From assembly GCA_951406725.2 (NCBI GenBank), contig OX597831.1, positions 29,388,001 through 29,452,000 of the forward strand: a stretch of 64,000 nt of DNA, in the 5' to 3' direction. The position numbers were made by a program, and so were the translations under genes. Below the pieces are notes generated by a model that worked only from the letters and a program-made list of their open reading frames with translations, was not told the origin of the DNA and did no database searches. Below, piece after piece: positions 51,652 to 64,000 of the stretch; position 1 is the stretch's first letter; each line of letters begins with the position of its first letter. Origin of the DNA: Octopus vulgaris. Its lineage: Eukaryota.

Positions 51652-52239
51652 CTGTTGTTGCTGTCTCTGTTTAACTTCAAATTATGTGTTCATGTTGATT
51701 AATGACCAAAGTCTCCAACAACCTTATGCTAACTGACATATTTAAACAGAGATCGCCAAACATCGAGAATATAGATGTCGACCATTTTGCATTTTATACA
51801 TTTTTAGCTGTTTCAGTCAGTGGACTGAGGTCATGTTGGGGCAACACACTGAAGGGTTAAAGGCGCACAAATCGGCACCAGTTCTTATTTTCAAGTCTGT
51901 TACATATGCAATCGATCACTTTAGCCGAACCGCGATGTTACAAGGAGATAAACAAGCCAACACCAGTTGTTAAGTGGTAGGAGACGGACTCAATCTCAGA
52001 CAGACACGCATATATATATATACACACACACATCCACATCCATCCAGCCCTCTTTTTGCGTCTGACCGTGGTCATTGTAACATCGATATTTTTCCCTGTA
52101 TTTGTGAAAGTTTTGTATCTCTGCCGTAAGGCTTCGTTTGCACACACGCCAGCTGGATTCAATTCGTCCCCAGTCAAAAGACACCTGTTGTTTTGTTCTG
52201 TTATTATTATTTTTATTTTTATTGTATTTTGTATTTATA

Positions 52240-52525
52240 TTTGTGTAACATCGTCTGTTTTCTCGTCCTTGTTTTCGTATACATTCGATGCTTTCTTCAA
52301 AGGAATCTAACGCTCTTAGCTTAGTTTTTCCTTGGGGCTGGCGAGATTGGAGCAATCTCAAGATTAATCAGCCGAAATTGCGAGGATGATCCAGTTCTTG
52401 ACTGAGGATAGAAAGCTTCGAATGACCAGTCCTTTTTTTTTTTTATTTTGCATCGTCTATCTCGATGTTTTGTTGTCCCTTTTTGTATCACCTAGTTGTC
52501 TGGATGTTTTGCGTTCTTGTCCAAT
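52240..52525 (+). mobile_element. Small repeat family P1
   Basis: Homologous to 42400-42670; ends in (TA)n. Confidence 0.6.
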
Positions 52526-52529
52526 TTTG

Positions 52530-52597
<68 letters not shown>

Positions 52598-52654
52598 TGG
52601 AACTTGAAAATCCTTGGTAGAGAAGTATATTTAGTTAAAAAATAGTAATGAGTT

Positions 52655-53230
52655 TTCTGATAATCCCCATACAAAACAAAACATCTCGAGGATAGAATCA
52701 CTCCAGAGGGCACTCACTAAACGAATTCAAGGCATGACTGAGCTCGATTATTGGGACCGCCTTAAAGCCTTGAAACTCTACTCTCTCCAGCGCCGCCGCG
52801 AGCGATACATCATTTGTACGATGTGGAGAATATACCGCCAGCATTACTGAACATTAGTTTCAAGGTTCAACCAAGCCTGGGACCACGGGCCATACATCCC
52901 CTGCCCGATTCAGGATCACAGCATATAGGTACACTGCAACATAACTTATTTTCCTCAACAGGCCCTGCTCTGTTTAACAATGTCTCGAAAGAGATCAAAG
53001 AGGAAAAGGATCCCATCACCTTTAAACAGAGTCTGGACAGATTTCTTCAAGGAATACCAGATAAGCCACCCATACATCGATACAATTCACTCAACAAGAA
53101 CTCACTACTTGAATGGGCCACAAACAAAACTTGACTTAAACAGGATTTAGATAATCCTATCAGGTGGTGCTATTAAGTTAGACATGGCCTGGACCAATCT
53201 TTATTCGAAACATATCTAAGTTTATCTAAG
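52655..53230 (+). mobile_element. CR1-type LINE 3' fragment
   Basis: ISRIESLQRALTKRIQGMTELDYWDRLKALKLYSLQRRRERY...GPALFN...FKQSLDRFLQGIPDKP...NSLLEW*; tail with repeated TATCTAAG. Confidence 0.85.
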
Positions 53231-53694
53231 AATATACACATATATATATATATATACACACATACACACATATATATATATATATATATACACACACATA
53301 TACACATATATACCTATACGACAGGCTTCTTTCACTTTTCATATGCCGAATTCCCTCACAAGGCTGTTCCTCGGTTCGGGTGTCATACAGTGGGATGGAA
53401 CCTGAAAGCATGTTTTTAGGAAGCAGACTTCTTACCACACAGCCACTCCCGTAAATTAAGCGAGACCACCCATGATGTTGATTGTTCATATCTTTATAGT
53501 TAACTTGAAATGGTAAATGACCGGGTAAAACTTGTGTGTGTGTGAATAAGGGATTGCCTGTTTGAGTGAGGGATTAGCAGTCTGAGTGATAGCAGAGGTG
53601 GTTGGTTGAAGGGAAGAGAGACTAGCTGAGTGCGAGGTTGGATGGTTGAGTGAGAGATTGGAAAGATAGCTAAGATTGGAAAGATATCTTTTGT

Positions 53695-53978
53695 CATTTA
53701 CTTGTTTCAGCCATTAGACTGCGGCCATGCTGGAGCAACGCCTTGAGGAATTTTTAGTCAAATGAATAGACCTCCCCACCCCACCAGTACTTATTTTCTT
53801 TTAAAGTCTGTTATTTATTCTATCGGCCCCTGTTGCCGAACCGCTAGATTAAGGGGATGTAAACGCACCAACACCGGTTGTCAAGCGGTAGTGGGGGACA
53901 AATACAGACACAAAGACTACACATACACACATACACGACGGGTTACTCTCAGTTTCCGCCGACCAAATCCACTCACTT
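53695..53978 (-). mobile_element. Diverged SINE family A, 3' part
   Basis: TTTACTTGTTTCAGCCATTAGACTGCGGCCATGCTGGAGC...GGTTGTCAAGCG; a further head fragment lies at 53317-53452. Confidence 0.75.
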
Positions 53979-54290
53979 TCTCTCCTACGTCTCCGTGTCT
54001 CTTTCTATCTCTCTATCTGTTTATCTATCTATTTATCGGTTTACCTCACTCTCTCACTCTCTCTCTCTCCCACCCTTTCTCTTCCTCTACCTTCTCCCCC
54101 TTCCCATCTCCCCTACCCCTCTACCTTGCTCCTAACCTACTCTACTGGAAATGTCATCTGAATATTCAGCGTTTCCGGATTAAACGAAACCTTTCCACCG
54201 AATCAGAAAACAACAATAATAACAACAAAAACAACAGCAACAACAACAGACAAGAACATGAACAACAGCAAAAGCAACAAAACAACAGCA

Positions 54291-54378
<88 letters not shown>

Positions 54379-54797
54379 GAATTGCGCTGACAGCAGCAAC
54401 AACAACAATATTACACAAGATTTACATCAGCATCAACAACAGTATCAATAACAACAACAGCAACAACATCAATGAAAATAATAAAAGAAAAAACAACCAC
54501 ATCAACATATTGCGTGTGTATATGAATATGGATTTCTACGTATATGTGTGCGTATTTGTGTGTGTGCGTGTGTGTGTGTATGTGTGTGTGTGTGTTTCAA
54601 CGGTTGCCATCTGTTCGCATATCAATGTGCTAAAAAGGGCAGCTAACTAAAGAGGAAGTCATGTGGAAAATACAAAGCTTATGCTTCTTGGTGAGGCTGG
54701 AATTTCATTCCTCAATTACTTCCATGAGAGCAAACAACACTTCTGAATACAATACATACATACATGTGTACATATGTACACATGTGTTTTTTTGTGT

Positions 54798-54854
<57 letters not shown>

Positions 54855-54857
54855 TAC

Positions 54858-54944
<87 letters not shown>

Positions 54945-55030
54945 AATATATATATATATATGTGTATATATACATATGTATATGTATATATATATACATA
55001 TATATATTTATAAATACATATATACATATA

Positions 55031-55111
<81 letters not shown>

Positions 55112-55240
55112 TTATATATATATATAATAAGGGTGAACAATCTTTTCTTAGTCCATATGGGGTCTACCTCTAGCATAATGGATGCCCACTTAGTGGTCAT
55201 CCCGCTTATATACATACATATATATATATATATATAAATA

Positions 55241-55276
<36 letters not shown>

Positions 55277-55301
55277 TGTATGTATGTATGTATGTATAAA
55301 A

Positions 55302-55620
55302 GTGGTGGCGCAATGGCCCAATGGTTAGGTCATCGGACTTGCGTTCAGAGGATCGCGGTTTCGATTCCAGGACCGGGCGTTGTGTGTGTTTATTGTGCGA
55401 AAACACCTGAAAGGTCCACGAGTCTCCGACAGGTGGTGGTGGTGGCGACCCCTGTTGTACTCTTTCGCCACAACTTTCTCTCCCTCTCTCTTCCTGTTTC
55501 ATGAGTAACGCTGCGATGGACTGGCATCCCGTCCAGCTGGGAAGAACATATACGCCACAGAAACCGGGACACCGGGCCCATGAGTCTGGCTAGGCTTGAA
55601 AAGGGCGACGTTTATCGTTT
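55302..55620 (+). mobile_element. SINE family B, variant B2
   Basis: GGCGCAATGGCCCAATGGTTAGG head; GAGTAACGCTGCGATGGACTGGCATCCCGTCCAG module. Confidence 0.85.
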
Positions 55621-55714
55621 TTTCTTTATATGTAGAAATGCGTGAGTGTATATATATATATATATAGAAATGCGTGTGTGTAGCTTATACTTATTTGAAT
55701 ATATGTATTACTCG

Positions 55715-55905
55715 TTTACTTCTGTATTTGTCTCAGTCATTTGACTGCGGTGCCATGTTGGAGCACCGATTTTAGCCGAACAAATCGACCCCAGAACTTA
55801 TTCTTTGTAAGCCTAGTGCTTATTTCATCAGGCGCTTTTGCCGAACCGCAAAGTTAGTGGAACGTAGACATATCAGCAAGCGATGATGGGGTGGGGGGCA
55901 CAAAC
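55715..55905 (-). mobile_element. Diverged SINE family A, 3' half
   Basis: CAGTCATTTGACTGCGG...CTTATTCTTTGTAAGCCTAGT...GCCGAACCGC. Confidence 0.75.
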
Positions 55906-56421
55906 ACACACACACACACAGAAAATAAAGATATTTCAAAGCATACCATGAAATTTTAAAAATCTCTTCTTACAAATAGATAAATATACTTTGTTGAAGA
56001 CGTATTTGTTTGTTTAACAATGTTTCTGAATGTATGCATATGTTTGTTAAAGCGTAATTTAACAAATTCACTGTAAGACCCATATGGTTCTTAATAATTG
56101 AATCATTTACTTCGGTACCTCTAGACAATATACGGTAGACCTTGTTACACATTCCACTTCTAGAAGAAAAGTTTCAGAACTTATAAATTTATGCATTTCA
56201 GTCTGGTTCCGAGTTCTTGAAATTTTAGATCAATTTATTTCTTTATTTATTATATTATATATTTATTTATTTGATATATATTATGATGCAGTGAAATTCG
56301 TTGAAACAAAAATAATAAATCTTGATAGAGTTTTAGCTAAATATCTTTTTATGTTTATTGTTACAAGGAAAATTCTTACTCAAAAGTATTCTTGTTTTCT
56401 TTGGCAACCCTGGTGCACATG

Positions 56422-56775
56422 TTAACCCTTTGAACGTAAAAAGTGGATATATCCGCTCAAAATTATATAAGCATTAAGTGCGGAAAGCGGTTTTACTTCA
56501 TGACTTTGTAAAAATCTCTCCTTACGCTTTGAGAAGCAGTGATACCATCAGTGACACTTTTTATAAAAGCAAATTTTTCAGATTTTCTAATTTTTTTTCC
56601 ACATATTTTATTAACTATATCTTTACAGAACAAGAACCGAATGTTTTTAGTGGTGGATATGAAAACTGTACCTAGAAGTGTTACTGAAAATGTACTACAG
56701 AAGCAGAAAATATCAATTCTAGTTCTTGGTGGACAATTAACATCATTACAGGAATAACCATGAAATTTATTCACC
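56422..56775 (+). mobile_element. piggyBac-like non-autonomous element fragment
   Basis: Starts TTAA-CCCTTT (TTAA target plus CCC terminus); collinear with 32364-32745. Confidence 0.55.
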
Positions 56776-56919
56776 CAATCAAATGGTTCATGTTCAAAGA
56801 AGAGTTTTAGGGCAATATATTATGCAGCAGCATATTCGACAAAATATTATACAACGATATGTTAGACGGGATTGTAATTTATGTCAATACGTTATACGAC
56901 TGTATATTTTAAGGTAGCA

Positions 56920-57105
56920 AGGCAGTGGAGCTGGCAGAATTGTTAGCACTCCGAGCAAAATGCTTAGCAGCGTTTCGTCCCGTCTTTAACGTTCTCAGTT
57001 CAAATGCCGAGATTGACTTTGACTTTCATTCTTTCGGGATCGGGATAATAAGTAACTTGCCCTCTCTCTCAGCCTTGCTGGACTTGTGCGAAAACCTGAA
57101 ACCAA
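56920..57105 (+). mobile_element. Diverged SINE family D monomer
   Basis: GAGCTGGCAGAATTGTTAGCAC...GACTTTGACTTTCATTCTTTCGGG. Confidence 0.75.
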
Positions 57106-57662
57106 TATGTTACTCTTCCCATGTTTTCCTCTGTGAATCTTACAGCATTTTTCTGTGACTAATTTTAGTGTTTAAATCACTTTGCTTTGCAGTAATAATT
57201 TACGATGTTTTTAAACGATTATTCGCTTCAATACCTTGCAACAATTTATGATGCTTTTAAACGAATTTTCATTCTGTAAAATAAACAGAAAGGTGGTGGC
57301 TAATATATTCTGATAAACTCTTGAATTCACTAACGACTTATTGAGAGGAAGAAAGCCATCGTCCATGACTTTTTCAGGGTCTCTGAAATTAGTAGAAGGC
57401 TGGGTGCTGATGTCTTCCGGCCTGAGGCTTGGCCCACGTGCTTGTAACTGAATAGATTGTACTAAACACATATATAGGCCACGTGACATCAGCCTGAATG
57501 ACTTACATTTATATAAATTAATATTTTGATGAGTTTCCTGCAACGATAGCATTGGTATCTGCAAGTTACTAGGTTAGAGTATTATGCCGAGGATTATGTT
57601 GAGAAGATTAGCAATTTTTAATGTCTTTTAGTGTCTTTTGTAATATTAGATAGACACAATTA

Positions 57663-58110
57663 GGGCGGCGAGCTGGCAGAAACGTTAGCACGCCGGGCGA
57701 AATGCTTTGCAGTATTTCACCCGTCGTTACGTTCTGAGTTCGAATTCCGCCGAGGTCGACTTTGCCTTTCATCCTTTCGAGGTCGATTAAATAAGTACCA
57801 GTTACACACTGGGGTCGATATATCGACTTAATCTGTCTGTCCTTGTTTGTCCTCTCTGTGTTTAGCCCCTTGTGGGTAGTAAAGAAATAGGTATTTCGAC
57901 TGCTGCTACGATCTGAGTTTAAAAATAGGTATTTCGTCTACCGTTACGTTCTGATTTCAAATTCCACCAATGTTGACTTTGCCTTTCATCCTTTCGGGGT
58001 CGATAAATTAAGTACCAGTTACGCACTGGGGTCGATGTAATCGACTTAATACCTATGTCTGTCCTTGTTTGTCTCCTCTATGTTTAGCCCTTTGTGGGCA
58101 ATAAAGAAAG
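57663..58110 (+). mobile_element. SINE family D, internally duplicated plus a partial third unit
   Basis: Two cores; AAATAGGTATTTCG repeated at about 57885 and 57923. Confidence 0.9.
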
Positions 58111-58224
58111 GAATTAATTACATAGATAGAATATTGATTTTTCCGGACACTTTGGTTCTAAAGCCATCACGGATTAGTAATTTTTCCGAACCAGGGGTGG
58201 TCACACTCTAAATTAAACGGATTT

Positions 58225-58438
58225 TCTTTTATTCTTTTACTCGTTTCAGTCATTTGACTACGGCCATGCTGGAGCACCGCCTTTAGTCGAGAAAATCGAC
58301 CCCAGGACTTATTCTTTCTAAGCCTGGTACTTATTCTATCGGTCTCTTTTGCTGAACCTCTAAGTTACGGGGACGTAAACACACCAACATCGATTGTCAA
58401 GCGATGTTGGGGGGACAAACACAGACACACAAACGTAT

Positions 58439-58469
<31 letters not shown>

Positions 58470-58555
58470 CATAAATACGAAGGGCTTCTTTCAGTTTCCG
58501 TCTTCCAAACACACACACACATGTATATATATATATATATACATATACACACACA

Positions 58556-58604
<49 letters not shown>

Positions 58605-58922
58605 GACGAGCTTCTTTTAGTTTCCGTCTACCAAATCCACTCACAAGGCTTTGGTCGGCCCGAGGCTATAGTAGACACTTGCCCAAGGTGCCACACAATG
58701 AGACTGATCCCGGAGCCATGTAGTTGGTAAGCAAGCTACTTTTATTCATGGAATTGGCCATGAAAGCCGTACACAGATAAGTAGCTGCGGGCTGGACAAA
58801 GACATTAATGAGATGAGGATGATAACGGCAATAATGAACAATAATGGGAGGGGCACCGGCGCCCGCCGACCGATAACATCTTGTGGTAAGCAAGCTACTT
58901 ACCACACAGCCACTCCTGCGCC
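58225..58922 (-). mobile_element. SINE family A with a 142-bp insert in its tRNA-like head
   Basis: 17-bp TSD TGGTAAGCAAGCTACTT at 58725-58741 and 58884-58900. Confidence 0.85.
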
Positions 58923-59448
58923 TCTATTAAATTTATTGAAATAATTAAATGAAATACAGATCATTAGATTAAATTGACACTAGTTTATTAATGTTTCATT
59001 GTGCATGGTATCAGCAAACTAGTCTAGTGGCCGCTGGAATTGCAAGTGCCTTCTCGTAATTTGAAGTGGATTATAAGAGGTTTTGGACCATCAGTATCCA
59101 GGAAGTCGGGGTTGTACTATTAGTTTAGTTGGTTGACTGCTACGAAAAATTCTTTCTCATTCTATCGTCTTTTTTGTTTGTATGTTTGTTTGTTTTTTTA
59201 TGCAGATTCAGTAGAATCACTACGCGATTGCTGTAGTATGGACGTTCCTACGAAAATTGGAACGTGACATGAGAAAGAGTTAGGATAAGAAGGTGCCGCG
59301 CAATCGGACTGAACCCGGAACCATGTTGTTGGGAAGCAAGCCTTCTTACCACATAGCCCGCGCCTGTTTATATTGTAAAGATGGGAGGACCACGGATGGA
59401 ACATGTTGAATCATCAGTCGGTTGGATCAGGATAGAAACCAGTGTTAA

Positions 59449-59466
59449 ACCACCACCACCACCACC

Positions 59467-59518
<52 letters not shown>

Positions 59519-59720
59519 GCAACAACAACAACACCAACAACCACCACCACTAACACCAAACCACCACACACCACTAGCACCAAACCACCACCACCACCAC
59601 CATCACCATCACCAAACCACCACCAGCACCAGCACTATCACCACCACCACCACCATCATCACAACAACAGCAACAACATCAACAATAATAACAACAACAA
59701 CAACAGCAAAAACAACAATA
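59449..59720. repeat. (CCA)n/(CAA)n trinucleotide repeats
   Basis: Direct inspection; source of the poly-P/T/H/Q ORFs. Confidence 0.95.
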
Positions 59721-60717
59721 ACTGTATTGCAAATGAAAGTGCATTGTCACTTATATTTCACCCAAGTTCACTTACCATTCCCGTCAGATATATTTCCTTG
59801 TTTCCATCCACGACCACCCCAATTCCTTGTGTCCAGTCAAGTGGAACATCTTAAGGAATGCTCCAGAATCCGTCTTGAACATTTAACGAGAATTTAAGGA
59901 AGTCACATAATTATCGAAATGTGTGCGTGTGAGTGAGTGTGTATATAGATATATATGTGTAGGCATGTATGTATGTATGCACGGGTGTATACGTATATAC
60001 CCCTGAGGGGAGAAATATATACGCCCGAGAAAGGTGTATAGAGTGTAGAATATCTTCAACATGTGGGTGTCGGTATATATTATACTTTCTTATATACTGT
60101 ATGTTGATAGGCAGATGGCTTTCGCTATTGTGAACGGGTAGAAAGTTACATACTTACATACACACATACATACACACATACATACATACATACATGCATA
60201 CATACTCACACACACACATATATATATATATATACACACACATATTTATATACACACATATATATACACATGTATGCAAACGTGTGCGCACACACTCACA
60301 CACACACAACAACACACAAATACACACACACAAACACACAAACACACACACACATATATATACCCATATGCAAACACATATAGAGATAAATGCATATACA
60401 CACATGCACACACATATACAAACACATACATACGCATGCAAACATATGAATTTAAATACATATATATATATACACATATAAAATATATATACATACATGC
60501 ACATGTGTGTACATATACGTATATTAATATATTTTAATGTATAAGTACACACACACACACACACACACATCTATGTACGTATATGTATATATATGGTTGT
60601 TATGTTGATGTGTATATAATTTCCTGTGTCAGCCCAGCTCATTATTTTATAAAGATATCACAGAAATATTTGGTATCAATTCAATAACTTAATTGAAACA
60701 ACAACGGCAGCAACAGC

Positions 60718-60779
<62 letters not shown>

Positions 60780-60780
<1 letters not shown>

Positions 60781-61444
60781 GAATACTGAAAGCCTAATTA
60801 TCGCTGCCCAGGATCAGGCATTGAATACCAACTCAGTGAAAAGGGATATGTACTACATAAGTGCAACGAACCTCTGCAGAATGTGTGGGAAGAGTGTCGA
60901 AAGCGTGACTTTCATTGCTAGTGCTTGTGAAAGGCTTGCGCAGAAAGAGTATAAGCATACACACGACAAAATAGCCCAAAACCTTCACTGGTTACTATGC
61001 CGGAAGTATAGATACGACGTATTGGGTGCTTGGTAACAACATACAGCGGAAAAGGCAATGGACGAATAGGAGAAGGCAAAACTATTCTGGGGTTTTGCAT
61101 TCCAGACAGACAAGGTGTTAGAGCACCGAAGGCCGGATTTAATAACTTTTTAGGAGGGACAAACAAGAGTGCCTAATAATCGACGTGTCAGTGCCATGCG
61201 ACACGTCACTGCCATATTATCATGAAAGAAAAGACAAGATTCATAAATATGGAGACCTGAGAATTGAGAGCGGTAAGATGTTGCAGCTACGAGAGTCGAA
61301 CATAAAGGGTGTCCCTATTGTCATCGGAGCATTGGGTTCAATACAACCCAACCTGAAAAAAACATCTGAAAACCTTAGAGATACCCCTGGTAGACACAAT
61401 ATCCTCCTTCAACGACCTCGCGATATTGTGCACTGAGGGATGTC

Positions 61445-61446
<2 letters not shown>
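60780..61446 (+). mobile_element. R4/Dong-type LINE 3' fragment (zinc knuckle plus restriction-like endonuclease) inside (AAT)n
   Basis: TESLIIAAQDQALNT...CRMCGKSVESVTFIASAC..LAQKEYKHTHD...HRRPDL...IIDVSVP...KYGDL...PIVIGALG; stops and frameshifts; (AAT)n on both sides. Confidence 0.9.
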
Positions 61447-61515
<69 letters not shown>

Positions 61516-61637
61516 TGACGATGATGATGATAAGAAGAAGAAGAAGAATGACAACATCAACAATAATAAACCTGTCTTGATTTGGTCACAGGGTTTATAT
61601 ATGCAATTCAATGAGATTAAAAATATACAGCATGCAA

Positions 61638-61702
<65 letters not shown>

Positions 61703-61837
61703 TATATCAAATACAGAAGAGCATTGAAATATCACTTCGCTATGTACAGAGCCATCCCAAATGTCTAAATCTGCTAGCCACTCTATTATTAATATTATTA
61801 TTAATAATGTTAGCGATACTTTTATATATATATATAT

Positions 61838-61974
61838 AGGCGTAGGAGCGTGTGTGTGGTAAGAAGCTTGCTTACCAACCACATGGTTCCGGCACCTTGG
61901 GCAAGTGTCTTCTACTATAGCCTCGGGGCGACCAAAGCTTTGGATTTAGTAAACGGAGACTGAAAGAAGCCCGT

Positions 61975-62043
<69 letters not shown>

Positions 62044-62193
62044 ATATATATGTGTGTGTATATTTTTGTGTGTCTGTATTTGTCCCCAACATCGCTTCAC
62101 AACCGATGCTGGTGTGTTTACGTCCCCATAACCTAGCGGTTCGACAAAAGAGGCGGATAGAATAAGTTATAGGCTTACAAAAGAATAAGTTCT
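61838..62193 (+). mobile_element. SINE family A with deletions
   Basis: Head, internal microsatellite and partial 3' half. Confidence 0.85.
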
Positions 62194-62336
62194 GTATATA
62201 AGTATGTATGTCTTTGAATTTTATTCACTCCTTCTTAAGAGACTTCTTGCTGGTCGCCAACAAAGCGAGAAGAATTTTCGAGTTAAGAGGTTTCCCGGTA
62301 TTTCTAAATATGCGGTTGAATCGGTGTGTCTGTCTG

Positions 62337-62462
<126 letters not shown>

Positions 62463-62485
62463 ACTGTCTGCCTATATATATACAT

Positions 62486-62517
<32 letters not shown>

Positions 62518-62599
62518 GTGCAAATTTATTTGTATGTGAGTGTAGATGTATGAGTGTATGTATGTATGTATGTGTGCGTGCATGTGTCTGGGTGTGTGT

Positions 62600-62880
62600 G
62601 CGCGCGCTTGCGTGGCCTTCCTGGCTAAGGTGTTCTACACACAATAGTAAGATCGAGGTTTCGATTCCTGGACCGGACAATATGTTGTGTCCAAGAGTAA
62701 AACACTTCATTCAACGTCACTACAGTCCACTTAGCTGTAATATGACCAACCCTGTGAAGGACTGGCAGTCTGTTCAATTACAATATTCGCCTGTTCGCCT
62801 AGCTAATTGAGTGACATCATTCGAAAACTACATCAATGCAAGGAAGCGCATGGTGACCAGCGGTGTATAACAACATTCGA
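62600..62880 (+). mobile_element. Diverged SINE family C-like copy
   Basis: GGTTTCGATTCCTGGACCGG...AAAACACTTCATT...CCCTGTGAAGGACTGGC. Confidence 0.65.
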
Positions 62881-63127
62881 ATTTGACCTTCTTGTCGATA
62901 TAATGATACAATTATATATAGATACATACATATATACATACATATATACATACACATTGTGTATTAATTAACCCATTCAGTAGAGAGAGAGAGAGTTAGC
63001 CCACCCATACAGTTGAGCTAAATGATAACTATGTCGTTGCTATTCATAATCATGTCGTTGCTAGTGCGTCTGTAGTTAATACGTCAGTAGGGAAAACTTG
63101 CCAGATGAGACACTTTTCGAGTGGTTT

Positions 63128-63165
<38 letters not shown>

Positions 63166-63260
63166 GCACACATACACACACACATGCGCGCGCACGGCAT
63201 ACACACACACATACACACACACACACAGAAAGAGAGAGAGAAAAGACGATATAGTTAGAC

Positions 63261-63334
<74 letters not shown>

Positions 63335-63471
63335 GCTTGTATTTACGTACTTAAAAAAAATTAAATAGATATTTATATAGATATATAGACATAAGCGGAC
63401 ATACGTATACATGTACACACATATGCGCATGTATCGACTTATCAGCCTTCCTACTTCTCTATTTATTCATC

Positions 63472-63502
<31 letters not shown>

Positions 63503-64000
63503 CAGTACACACACACACACACTCACACACACACACACACACACACACTATATATATTTATATATATATACACACAATACACACATATATAAGTATATTA
63601 TGGAAATGACTCAACATGTATGTATGTATATATGTATATCTATCTATCTATCTATATATATATGTCTGTAGGTGTGCGTATGTATGCACATACACATGAA
63701 TTGGCGAGTTTATGTTTGTGTATATATATATGTGAGTGTTTATGTTGATGTCTGTGTCACCGGATAAACTGTTTTTTAAATGACAGTAAAAACAACATTT
63801 AAACAACATCCAAGTAGAAATAATGGCGCCCAACCCAAGTCAGGCATGTATAGAAATTAGGCAAAAATATGTATTTTATATAAATATGGCTATACATACA
63901 TTTATACACACACACACACATACATACACATACATACAAACACGCACACACACATTATAAGCGTGTGTGTAAGTGTGAATAAATGTGTAGATAAACAAGC

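Noticed and set aside
59381-59897. Poly-P/T/H/Q/N ORFs resembling transcription-factor low-complexity regions
   Set aside because: Pure trinucleotide repeats open in several frames, with no flanking domain

Overview
This is AT-rich, microsatellite-saturated, non-coding eukaryotic DNA. The SINE repertoire (tRNA-headed families with Nin/Deu-like and V-like internal modules) points to an octopus or other coleoid cephalopod; that is recognition, not a database result. I find no supportable host protein-coding gene. Most ORFs in the track are translations of (TA)n/(CA)n/(TACA)n/(GATA)n/(ACC)n repeats, SINEs or short unassigned frames. The recognisable coding remnants are decayed transposons: four R4/Dong-type LINE pieces, two clear CR1-type LINE 3' ends, one RTE end and one mariner transposase. 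Several dozen SINE copies from five modular families (my labels A-E) are present, many with target-site duplications (TSDs) and nested insertions, plus Helitron-like and piggyBac-like non-autonomous elements. The standout signal is an apparently intact type I hammerhead ribozyme at 21326-21432. It lies in a 492-bp-period partial tandem repeat whose left end starts about 8 nt after the predicted cleavage site, which is a Penelope-pLTR/retrozyme-like architecture. At least six more degenerate hammerhead-like motifs occur in small microsatellite-embedded elements across the window.
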